Below, in pieces: positions 9,079 to 17,153 of a DNA stretch of 32,000 bases. A model generated the notes under the pieces. It searched no databases and had not been told where the DNA came from. It worked only from the letters and a program-made list of their open reading frames with translations. How positions within the stretch are numbered: the stretch's first letter is position 1; each line of letters starts with the position of its first letter. Origin of the DNA: an uncultured Oscillospiraceae bacterium (GTDB lineage: Bacteria > Bacillota > Clostridia > Saccharofermentanales > UBA5734); NCBI GenBank assembly GCA_964410445.1, contig CAYPHB010000001.1:1866-33865 (forward strand), in the 5' to 3' direction. The position numbers and the translations under genes were made by a program.

Positions 9079-9999
9079 ATGAAACCTGCATATTTATTTT
9101 GTAACCAGTTCGAACGGCGAAATTCAAAAGCATCCAGGCGGCTTTTGCTTTTTCTATTTGTATTTTTGCTGTCGTTAAACTTAAGCGGCTGCTTGTTGCC
9201 GAGTGCCGAACCGGAAACAAAGCCGCGCAATACAACTACAACTACAACTACAACTACAACTACAACTACAGTTCCAGTGATATTGACTGAAATGGCTGCT
9301 GTAACTTCAAGTGATCTCGACAAAGAGATTACGGTGAAAGGAATAATCAGTCAGGTTCGGCGTTATGACAGCGGTCATGCGCTGGTAACACTAACCGACA
9401 GTACAGGTGAGTTACCGGTTTACATCCGCCGTGAAACCGAGGTTGATTTGCTGGCTTTAACTGTTGGAGAAGAGTATGAAGTCAGCGGTAAGGTTCAGAA
9501 ACACGAAGGAAAGGTGGAACTGGCGCCGATCAGCTCAAACGCATTTCGCCTGACGGACGGTTATGACTTTGAACAGGTTGTGGTGGAATCGGTGATTGAT
9601 GGCGATACTGTGAGGGTGCTGATAGATAATAAGCCGGTAACCTTGCGGTTCATAGGGGTTGATACCCCCGAAAAACCGTTGAATGGACTGCCAGCTGAAT
9701 ATTACGCGGATCAGGCAACAGTATTTACTTCACGCTTGCTAAAAGGGAAAACGGTGTATCTGGAAAAAGATAATTCTGATACAGATCGCTATGACCGATT
9801 ACTGCGCTATGTCTGGCTGCACATACCGAACGAGATTACTCCGGCAACGCTCGCCAGTACCAACCTCAGCGCTGTGTTGATTAAAAATGGCTACGGTGAG
9901 TTTATTGAAGTTGGAGATGACAACAAATACGCCACCCAATTTGAGTTATGGGAACAACAGGCAAAGAATTCCAAAATTGGCATGTGGTCAGGGAATTAA
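9079..9999 (+). CDS. Secreted lipoprotein nuclease: signal peptide with lipobox, poly-Thr linker, OB-fold, and staphylococcal (thermo)nuclease-like domain
   Basis: Lipobox LNLSGC follows a hydrophobic stretch, then 13 consecutive Thr. SNase motifs are VIDGDTVRV, RFIGVDTPE and DRYDRLLRYVW. The start is uncertain (ATG 9079 or TTG 9076) and there is no clear RBS. Confidence 0.75.
   Translation: MKPAYLFCNQFERRNSKASRRLLLFLFVFLLSLNLSGCLLPSAEPETKPRNTTTTTTTTTTTTTVPVILTEMAAVTSSDLDKEITVKGIISQVRRYDSGHALVTLTDSTGELPVYIRRETEVDLLALTVGEEYEVSGKVQKHEGKVELAPISSNAFRLTDGYDFEQVVVESVIDGDTVRVLIDNKPVTLRFIGVDTPEKPLNGLPAEYYADQATVFTSRLLKGKTVYLEKDNSDTDRYDRLLRYVWLHIPNEITPATLASTNLSAVLIKNGYGEFIEVGDDNKYATQFELWEQQAKNSKIGMWSGN
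9232..9270 (+). repeat. Hexanucleotide microsatellite (ACAACT)x6.5 encoding the 13-Thr linker
   Basis: Read directly from the sequence. It is perfect, and unit changes would stay in frame. Confidence 0.95.
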
Positions 10000-10028
10000 T
10001 ACGATTTACTGATGGTCATAAAGCTGTT

Positions 10029-11423
10029 TTACTGTGCCAAAGCAGCTTTCAACAGGTTAGCCGCTATTGGAGCCGCTTCACTTCCGCCGGATCCACCTTC
10101 TTCCACCACTACTGCAATCGCCAGTGGCTTCTTGCCATCGGCAACATAGCCCACAAAAAGCGCGTTGTTATTCTTTTGGCCGGTAACTTCAACAGTACCG
10201 GTTTTACCGGCGATCCTGGCTCCGGTTACCCTGGCGGATCTACCGGTGCCGTTGTTAACTACTGATAGCATCATTTCTTCCAGGTCTGACGCCTCGTCGG
10301 CCGTCATAACCGTTTTAAGCGCTGAAGGTTTCAGGTTTTGGTATTTCAGGTTGAGTGGATCTTTCAGATAATCGATAATGTGGGGAGTCTGCATAACCCC
10401 GCCGTTGCCGATTGCACCGGCCAACATGGCCAGTTGCAGCGGTGTTGAGCTTAACTGAGTTTCACCCGAAGGCTGGCCAATTGCCAGCCACGACATCGCG
10501 GTATTATCGTTAGCGGTTCTGATCCGGCCTCGCGTGGTATTAAGTTTATCGACTGAGATCAGGTCGAGCCAGCCGAGGCGGCTGGCCGCAAGCTCAAGCT
10601 GCGAACCACCCAGCTGCGCACCGATTTCGCCAAAGTAAACATTACAGGACTGGCGGAAAGCACTGCTAAGGTTAACTTCACCGTGCCCTTTGCCGCTTTC
10701 ATTAGCGCCGTTTGGCGAAACAGTTGATTCCCCATTGCATGTTACTACGCGTTCGGGATCAAAATTTTCAGCATTCAGCCAAGCGGATGCTGTGATTATC
10801 TTGAATAAGGACCCTGGGGCATAGACCCCACGTAAAGCACGATTAAACAGCGATCCTTCAGGAATATCTTTGAAATCAATTACAGATTGCGGCGAAGTGC
10901 TGGGAGAGCTGACTGAAGCCAGGATAGCGCCTGTTTCATAATTAAGCAGCACAATTGCACCGCGACGTCCTTTCATCTGCTGATAAGCCTGTTTAGTCAG
11001 ACGACTATCGATAGTCAGATATACATCGTCGCCAGTCAAGCCGCGGCCGGTAAAATCCAAATAAAACTGGTGTAGTAAATTGCGGTCCGAGCCCGTCAGA
11101 ACTCCCTGATACCGGGCTTCGATCGTATTGTCAATATTATGGGTGTAGTCGCCGACAATATGCAGCGCGGCCATAGCGAGGGTGCGGTCACTGGCATAAC
11201 GGCGGCTGCCGCTTTCGCTTGTAGCCAGTGCAACTCCATCTGCTGAGATAATGTCACCGGCCTGGGCGTAACGGCTGCGCAAAGCAGCTTTGTTTTCGCC
11301 GGCGGCCACATATAAGGCATTGCGGCTGCGATACTGTTGGAACACAAGGCCGCCCAGCATTGCAACTGAAACAATCAGGAATAACACCAGCAACAGTTTC
11401 AGATTGCGCATCAACTGCTTCAT
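10029..11423 (-). CDS. Class B penicillin-binding protein (PbpA/PBP2-type transpeptidase)
   Basis: N-terminal TM anchor. SxxK (GSLFK), SxN (SCN) and KTG (KTGT) motifs are present. Its ATG overlaps the stop of the upstream SEDS gene (ATGA at 11420-11423). Confidence 0.85.
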   Translation of the reverse strand: MKQLMRNLKLLLVLFLIVSVAMLGGLVFQQYRSRNALYVAAGENKAALRSRYAQAGDIISADGVALATSESGSRRYASDRTLAMAALHIVGDYTHNIDNTIEARYQGVLTGSDRNLLHQFYLDFTGRGLTGDDVYLTIDSRLTKQAYQQMKGRRGAIVLLNYETGAILASVSSPSTSPQSVIDFKDIPEGSLFNRALRGVYAPGSLFKIITASAWLNAENFDPERVVTCNGESTVSPNGANESGKGHGEVNLSSAFRQSCNVYFGEIGAQLGGSQLELAASRLGWLDLISVDKLNTTRGRIRTANDNTAMSWLAIGQPSGETQLSSTPLQLAMLAGAIGNGGVMQTPHIIDYLKDPLNLKYQNLKPSALKTVMTADEASDLEEMMLSVVNNGTGRSARVTGARIAGKTGTVEVTGQKNNNALFVGYVADGKKPLAIAVVVEEGGSGGSEAAPIAANLLKAALAQ

Positions 11424-13462
11424 ACACTCACCCGCCTTTTGCGTGGTTGAGTAGACAACCCGAGCAAAATCCCCAGCATCAGCAGCTTAGCCAGCGCCGA
11501 GCTGCCGCCTTTGGCGATCATCGGCAAAGTGGCACCGGTGAGCGGGATCAAACCAGTGGTACCACCGATAACAATAATGGCCTCAACGAACAGCATAGTG
11601 CCGATTGCCAGTGCCAGGCTGGAGCGAAAGCCGTCGGGTGCCAGCACGGTTATCGTTGTGCCCCGCAGCCAGATAATTATAAAAACAACAACTATCGCTA
11701 AGCCCGTTAGGAAACCCAGTTCTTCACACACAACAGAGAAAACCATATCAGAAGATGCCAGCGGGATGCCGCCGGGGCTGCCGTTGCCAAGCCCGCGCCC
11801 GAGCAGACCGCCGCGAACCATTGCCTGCAAACCATAGACAATTTGCCGGTTGCTGTCGTTCACTTCAGACCACAGTGTGGTCCAACCGATTAAGCGCCGT
11901 TGCACATGAGGGAAAACAGCAATGGCTAAAGCACCCAGGCCGGTGCCACCTAAAAGGAGCAGCAGGGTAGTAATATATTCCGAAGTCATCACAACATAAA
12001 CGAGCAAAGTGGTGGGTAGCAGAATCATAGCTGAACCCAGATCAGGCAGCAGCATAATCAAGAAGAAGACAAACCCGGCCCAGGCCGCAAAGAACAACTG
12101 CATACGTCGGCTGGGGCGGTTCTTGAAGAAACCGGCCACAACTATCAGGTAAGTTATTTTGGCGAATTCTGTCAGCTGCAGCGAAAAACCGCCGATGTTG
12201 ATCCACAAAGTAGCGCCATGTGAATCGGCACCGTTGCCAAGCACCAGTGTTGCCAGCAGCATCAGGGGTGTCGCGATTGCGCATAGCGGGATGAATAACT
12301 CGACTCCGTGGGTGCGGGCAATGAACAGGATTGTTGGTACAAGCAGGAGCAAACCGACTGCTATTGAGATGTATTGTGCATTCAGGTTGGAAAAAATTGC
12401 TTTTGCCTGCTCAGCAAGCACCGGATCAAGGTTTGTTTGCGCTGCCGGCGCGGTGCCTCCGAAAACCGATCCGATTGCCTTGACTAAATTTTTCAACTCA
12501 GATGCAAAACGTCCGAGAAAACCAGGGCCGAAAATGTTTTCAGCCGCCATAATACTTTCCGGAATCGCCAGGCGTGTCTGGATGATCAAACCGATCATTG
12601 TGAGTAAAAGAAAACACAATAGCAAAACCGGGTCCAACCCCTTAAAGGCACGAGGTAAAACCAGCAGATAAAAATTACTGATCAGGAAAAAAGCAAAATA
12701 CCAGATCGCGATTGAATAAGTGACAATGGTGATCGAATCAGGTATCAGCAACAGGCTGATGCCGCAGCTGGCGATCAGCAAGATGTTGAAAAGCAACCAG
12801 GATGTTGTCGGCAGCCGCTGACGGTGAGCAGCGTATTCGATATTTTCGATGGGCGGAGGCGCTTCATAATCAACAGCTGGGCTTTCCGGCTGGGTTTGGG
12901 CAACGCTCTGGCTTGCAATAGATTGATGCGGTGTGTGTGCAGCGCCGCCATAACTTGTGGTACTTCCGCGTTTTTCGGAGTAAGCGTAGGCGGCATTGGC
13001 CCAGGCGTCCTGTTCTGCCATCAGGGGAGTGTACTCGGGTGAGTACATAAATGTCAGCTTATGGTCGTTGAGAGTGATTTCATCCCGATCCTCAAGCGGC
13101 GTCGGGGAATTTATCCGCACGCCATTTATTAAGACTGGATTATTTCGGGTCAGCGGGCGCAAAAACCATTCGCCATCAAACAGGTAGATCATGGCGTGCC
13201 GCTGGGCGATATTTTCGTTGCGCAGACGGATATCACTGGATTGCGCCCGGCCAATAGTTGTCATTGAATAAATGGGCAAATTCAAAAGCCCGGCGCCGGT
13301 TCTTGTTTCGCCCAGCAAGAAAACATCCCGGGCTGGCTGGATAGTACGGCGCATTGCTCTGCGTAAAGTTATCAAGGCGTCGCGCAGCAGGATCCAGACA
13401 AGAATAACCAGCAGTGGGATCATGAGATAACGTAATAAGTAAGAAAGCGTCTGTGCTGTCAT
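11420..13462 (-). CDS. Fusion protein: N-terminal TM helix + FHA domain + P/Q/A-rich linker + FtsW/RodA/SpoVE (SEDS) peptidoglycan polymerase
   Basis: An FHA-like segment (TTIGRAQSSDIRLRN...RHAMIY...LINGVRI...ITLNDHKLTF) precedes about 10 TM helices with SEDS motifs (LQLTEFAK, DLGSAM, LPLTGATLP). Start 13462 (MTAQTL) is preferred over the ORF maximum at 13528. Confidence 0.8.
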   Translation of the reverse strand: MTAQTLSYLLRYLMIPLLVILVWILLRDALITLRRAMRRTIQPARDVFLLGETRTGAGLLNLPIYSMTTIGRAQSSDIRLRNENIAQRHAMIYLFDGEWFLRPLTRNNPVLINGVRINSPTPLEDRDEITLNDHKLTFMYSPEYTPLMAEQDAWANAAYAYSEKRGSTTSYGGAAHTPHQSIASQSVAQTQPESPAVDYEAPPPIENIEYAAHRQRLPTTSWLLFNILLIASCGISLLLIPDSITIVTYSIAIWYFAFFLISNFYLLVLPRAFKGLDPVLLLCFLLLTMIGLIIQTRLAIPESIMAAENIFGPGFLGRFASELKNLVKAIGSVFGGTAPAAQTNLDPVLAEQAKAIFSNLNAQYISIAVGLLLLVPTILFIARTHGVELFIPLCAIATPLMLLATLVLGNGADSHGATLWINIGGFSLQLTEFAKITYLIVVAGFFKNRPSRRMQLFFAAWAGFVFFLIMLLPDLGSAMILLPTTLLVYVVMTSEYITTLLLLLGGTGLGALAIAVFPHVQRRLIGWTTLWSEVNDSNRQIVYGLQAMVRGGLLGRGLGNGSPGGIPLASSDMVFSVVCEELGFLTGLAIVVVFIIIWLRGTTITVLAPDGFRSSLALAIGTMLFVEAIIVIGGTTGLIPLTGATLPMIAKGGSSALAKLLMLGILLGLSTQPRKRRVSV

Positions 13463-13587
13463 GGCAGTATTATAACATGCCGCGAGACAGCGGAATGAAC
13501 TGGACTTTTGATTTAGTGGAAATGGCAAGCCAACAGTATTATTATTACAATAACATCAGAATATTAACTGAACCTGGAGGGTACACA

Positions 13588-14400
13588 ATGAAATACGGGA
13601 TCGCAATTGGCAAAGAAATTTCACCTACAGCGCCCCTGGTGCTTGGCGGTGATTTTGTGGAAAGCATGGCTTACGCAGCCGGACTGGGCTTTAATACAGT
13701 TGAAATACACGTACCGGATCCAGACCTGCTAGACGCAGAGCGCCTGGTTTCCGCCTGTCGTGATCTGGGCATGGAGATTTCAACAATCGGCACCGGCGGC
13801 ATGTATGGCGGTGAAGGTTTGTCTCTGATAGCCGATTCGGAAGAAGTTATCACTAAGATCATGGCCCGGCTGCACCGGTTTGTAGATAAAGCAGCCTTAC
13901 TCAGTAGTCCGATCACCATCGGCAGTATTAAAGGCAATATCCCCAAAAACAAGGAACGCAAACCATATTTTGACCGCCTGGCGGCAAATCTTCGGATAAT
14001 CGCTGATTATGCGGCAACTAAAAATGTAACTGTTTTGCTTGAAGCAACTAATCGGCTGGAAAATAATCTGCTAAACAGTTCTCGCGATGTCTTTGAGTTT
14101 ATCGAGGAATATCAACTTCCTGAAAACGTGTTAATTCTGGTCGATTCCTTTCATATCAACATTGAAGAAGCCTCAATTGAAAACTGCCTTAAAGATACAG
14201 GCGACCGCTTGGGCTACATCCATTTTGCTGACAATACCCGCCGGTATCCGGGCGCTGGCTGTTTCCGTTTTAACCTGCTGGCAGAAGCGATCCGTGATTA
14301 TGGCTATAACGGCGTACTCAGCATTGAATGCCTGCCTTTGCCGGACAGTAAAACCGCAGCGGAAGCTTCGATTAAATTTTTCCAAGAGACATTTGGCTAA
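13588..14400 (+). CDS. Sugar phosphate isomerase/epimerase (xylose-isomerase-like TIM barrel) family protein
   Basis: ATG at 13588 follows a TGGAGGG RBS. GFNTVEIH, VLLEATNR, DSFH and HFADN segments are typical of the AP_endonuc_2/TIM-barrel family. Confidence 0.7.
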   Translation: MKYGIAIGKEISPTAPLVLGGDFVESMAYAAGLGFNTVEIHVPDPDLLDAERLVSACRDLGMEISTIGTGGMYGGEGLSLIADSEEVITKIMARLHRFVDKAALLSSPITIGSIKGNIPKNKERKPYFDRLAANLRIIADYAATKNVTVLLEATNRLENNLLNSSRDVFEFIEEYQLPENVLILVDSFHINIEEASIENCLKDTGDRLGYIHFADNTRRYPGAGCFRFNLLAEAIRDYGYNGVLSIECLPLPDSKTAAEASIKFFQETFG

Positions 14401-14408
14401 TTAAGTTC

Positions 14409-16898
14409 TTAATGCAGCGGGATTTTGGGATCGGGATCGCGGATTGGCTCTGGTTCTGCCGGCACTTTGACCACTGTGGTGCGGCCTTCAAGCTCGCGCG
14501 CGAATGCAGCAGCCCGTTTATGGTAAGCGAGTACCTTGTCGCTGACCTTGCGGAAAACACTGCCTTCAGGGTAATTCCCTTCAGCGTCTTTTTCACCGGC
14601 CTCAATGCCTGTCAACAGTTCGATTCCTTCTTCGATCCGGCTTACGGCGTAGAGATGGAATTTGCCGGCATTGACAGCTTCCAGGATCTCATCCTTCAGC
14701 ATCAGGTTTTCAATGTTCTGAATGGGAATAATTACGCCCTGGTCGCCGGTTAATCCAGCTGCAGCGCAGACATCGAAGAAACCTTCGACCTTTTCAGTGG
14801 CGCCGCCGATCGGCTGGACATAACCCAGCTGGTTGACCGAGCCGGTAACAGCCAGGTTTTGTTTAATCGGCACTTCGGCCAAGCTGGAAAGAATGGCGTA
14901 CAGCTCGGCGCAGGATGCGCTGTCGCCGTCAACACCACTGTAGTTCTGCTCAAAAGTTATTTGCGCGGTCAGCCCTAATGGTACTTCCTGGGCAAACTTG
15001 CCCCCGAGGTAACCGGACATAGTCATAACGCCTTTGGAATGGATATTCCCGCTCATATCCGTTTCGCGTTCCACGTTGATAATCCCGCCGCGCCCCATGT
15101 AGGTTACGGCGGTAATGCGTGAAGGCTGTCCGAACATGTAGTCGCCAATGCCAATAACGGAGAGACCGTTAACCTGGCCAACTACTGCCCCGGAAGTATC
15201 GATCAGCACTTTACCGTTGCGGATCATTTCCTGGATTTTATCTTCAATGCGGTTGGAGCGGAATTTCTTTTCTCTTATAGCTTTGTCAACGTGCCTGGCT
15301 TCAACAAATTCCGAATTGTCGTTCTTTGCGAGCTGCTCGGCTTCATAAACAATTTCGCCAACGTCGTTAAAGCGGGTCGAAAGTTTATTTTGATCGCCTG
15401 CTAACCTGGAGCCATACTCAACGATCCGGGCCATAGCCTGACGATTAAAATCCTTGAGGTTTTCGTTTTTGCACATTGAGCTGACAAATGAAGTGTATTT
15501 GCACAGATTGTCGTCTGTGCGCTTCATTTCGATATCAAAATCGACCTTCACCTTGAACAGTTTTTGAAAATCCTCGTCCATGCTCATGTACATGTAAAGC
15601 AGAGGGCTGCCGACCAGGATAACCTTAACATCGAGCGGAATCGGCTCCATCCGCATTGTTGCGGTTGGCACATAACGGTATTGTTCACCGATATTTTCCA
15701 CAACTGCCTGGCGGTATTTTAAAGCGCGCTTCAGGGTATCCCAAACAAACGGTTCAGTGAGAACGTCTTTGGCCTGAAGAATAAGGTAGCCGCCATTTGC
15801 CCTGTGGATAGCCCCGGCTTTAGCCATGGTGAAGTTTGTTGTCAGTGCCATCATTTGATTGCGGTACTCAACCTTACCAAAGAGATTGTAATAGTACAGG
15901 AACGGCTCGCTCACAACCGGCGCGCCCTTAGTCCGTTCATTGTTCACAAACAGATTCACCTTGTAGCGGGTGAACGCCTCTTCGTTGTCCTGCTGCGGCA
16001 TCATGAAGGGCAGCTGCGCCTGTGGCTGGGCTTCAACTTCCTTAAAAATCTCGTGGTTCTCTTCCACATCATTGAGCACATTATCAAGATACTCAACAAT
16101 CTTGGGATACTCAGCGTATTTTTCCTTCAAACGGTTAATTTGAGGCAAAGCGGCATACATGGTGATTTTCTTTTCCAGATTTATCACTTTTTCTTTGGCT
16201 TCTTTTTCCAGATTACGCCCGGCATGCAAAGCTTCTTCGAGCTTTTTCTCCAGCTTTTGACCGCGCTCTTCAAAGCTGCGGCGTTCTTCAATGGTGAGCT
16301 TTTCAAACTCCTCCGGGGTTAAGGCTTTATCTTCCTTGGCCGGTACGAGCAGGAAACGGCCCGGTACCTGCTTGAGCACAAATCCGGTTTCGCGCGCTTC
16401 AATTTCCAAAGCTTGAAAAGGTTCCTGCAGCCTGCTTTGGGCATTGGTGATGATCTGATCTTTTTGCTGTTCATAGTCGCTGCTCTCGAAGGCCTTGGGA
16501 ATTACAGAGCGCAGATCACTAACCAGCTCGTCCATATCCAGCTGGAAAACCCGGCCTTGCCCGGGAGGCAAGGCAACAGCCAAAGGATTATCCTTATCAA
16601 CAAAATTATGAAAGTAACACCAGTCATCCGGAATTTTGCCCTGGGCTCCAGTATGAGTAACAATAGACTGAACATAAGTATTCTTGCCCGTGCCCACCGG
16701 GCCGACGACAAAAATATTGTAACCCGGGGCGTCCATTTCGAGCCCGAATTTCATCGAACGCACCGCCCGTTCCTGACCTATAACTCCGTCAAGCTCCGGC
16801 ACGTCTCTGGATGTCAGGCAGAAACTTAGCTCTTGTTCACAATCACAAATCCTTCTTAGTTTTTCCGAGGGGATTCTGAATTTGTTTGCTGGCGACAT
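14409..16898 (-). CDS. Lon-like protease (AAA+-like N-domain with long helical insertion and S16 Ser-Lys protease domain; YcbZ/LonC-like)
   Basis: Walker A GPVGTGKN. A long K/E-rich helical insertion follows. The C-terminal S16 domain has DGDSAS (catalytic Ser) and GGATEKVEG (Lys). GGAGG RBS is present. Confidence 0.8.
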   Translation of the reverse strand: MSPANKFRIPSEKLRRICDCEQELSFCLTSRDVPELDGVIGQERAVRSMKFGLEMDAPGYNIFVVGPVGTGKNTYVQSIVTHTGAQGKIPDDWCYFHNFVDKDNPLAVALPPGQGRVFQLDMDELVSDLRSVIPKAFESSDYEQQKDQIITNAQSRLQEPFQALEIEARETGFVLKQVPGRFLLVPAKEDKALTPEEFEKLTIEERRSFEERGQKLEKKLEEALHAGRNLEKEAKEKVINLEKKITMYAALPQINRLKEKYAEYPKIVEYLDNVLNDVEENHEIFKEVEAQPQAQLPFMMPQQDNEEAFTRYKVNLFVNNERTKGAPVVSEPFLYYYNLFGKVEYRNQMMALTTNFTMAKAGAIHRANGGYLILQAKDVLTEPFVWDTLKRALKYRQAVVENIGEQYRYVPTATMRMEPIPLDVKVILVGSPLLYMYMSMDEDFQKLFKVKVDFDIEMKRTDDNLCKYTSFVSSMCKNENLKDFNRQAMARIVEYGSRLAGDQNKLSTRFNDVGEIVYEAEQLAKNDNSEFVEARHVDKAIREKKFRSNRIEDKIQEMIRNGKVLIDTSGAVVGQVNGLSVIGIGDYMFGQPSRITAVTYMGRGGIINVERETDMSGNIHSKGVMTMSGYLGGKFAQEVPLGLTAQITFEQNYSGVDGDSASCAELYAILSSLAEVPIKQNLAVTGSVNQLGYVQPIGGATEKVEGFFDVCAAAGLTGDQGVIIPIQNIENLMLKDEILEAVNAGKFHLYAVSRIEEGIELLTGIEAGEKDAEGNYPEGSVFRKVSDKVLAYHKRAAAFARELEGRTTVVKVPAEPEPIRDPDPKIPLH

Positions 16899-17071
16899 AT
16901 AGACCTCCTCTTTAGCAGGTTGGTATAGCAGCGGTTTATCATTGTTATCAGGTGCTTAATTAAGTATAGCGATTTTCAGCAGAGGCAGCGCTGGCGTATT
17001 GTGACCTTAAAGTGAAAAATTAATCAGTAAACAATGAACGAACACAATTTTAGCGATATTTTGAGTATGGA

Positions 17072-17100
17072 TTGCTCAACTTACAAATGTGATTCATAAT
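17072..17100 (+). promoter_or_regulatory. Candidate sigma-70-type promoter for the uxuB-like gene
   Basis: TTGCTC (17072-17077), a 17-nt spacer, then CATAAT (17095-17100). A TTACA-N14-TGTAA inverted repeat overlaps it. Confidence 0.3.
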
Positions 17101-17153
17101 GTAATTATATTCTCCGGGAAACAAAATATCTCTTCATAAGGGGGTTCTTGACC

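Noticed and set aside
9045-9323. 92-aa minus-strand ORF containing a poly-Val run
   Set aside because: It is the reverse-complement image of the (ACAACT)n poly-Thr repeat inside the well-supported nuclease gene. It has no RBS and no recognisable domain.
10020-10050. AAAGCTG...CAGCTTT pairing between the convergent nuclease and PBP genes as a bidirectional terminator
   Set aside because: The stem is only 7 bp with a 17-nt loop, and it lies partly inside the PBP coding region. It is too weak to call.
12159-12671. 170-aa antisense ORF inside the SEDS gene
   Set aside because: The opposite strand encodes a coherent multi-TM SEDS protein. The antisense product has no motifs or RBS.
13453-13587. 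N-terminal extensions of the isomerase ORF (from 13453) and of the FHA-SEDS ORF (up to 13528), which would overlap each other
   Set aside because: The internal starts have better signals: 13588 follows a GGAGGG RBS, and 13462 begins MTAQTL directly before the TM helix. Using them removes the divergent overlap.
15804-16829. Two plus-strand ORFs (172 and 138 aa) antisense to the Lon-like gene
   Set aside because: Their sequence is low-complexity F/L/K-rich, mirroring the K/E-rich helical insertion. There are no start-site signals.
14409-16898. Lon-like protease as a BREX BrxL-type defence component
   Set aside because: There is no methyltransferase, PglZ, BrxA/B/C or other defence gene nearby. 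Its neighbours are metabolic genes on other strands.
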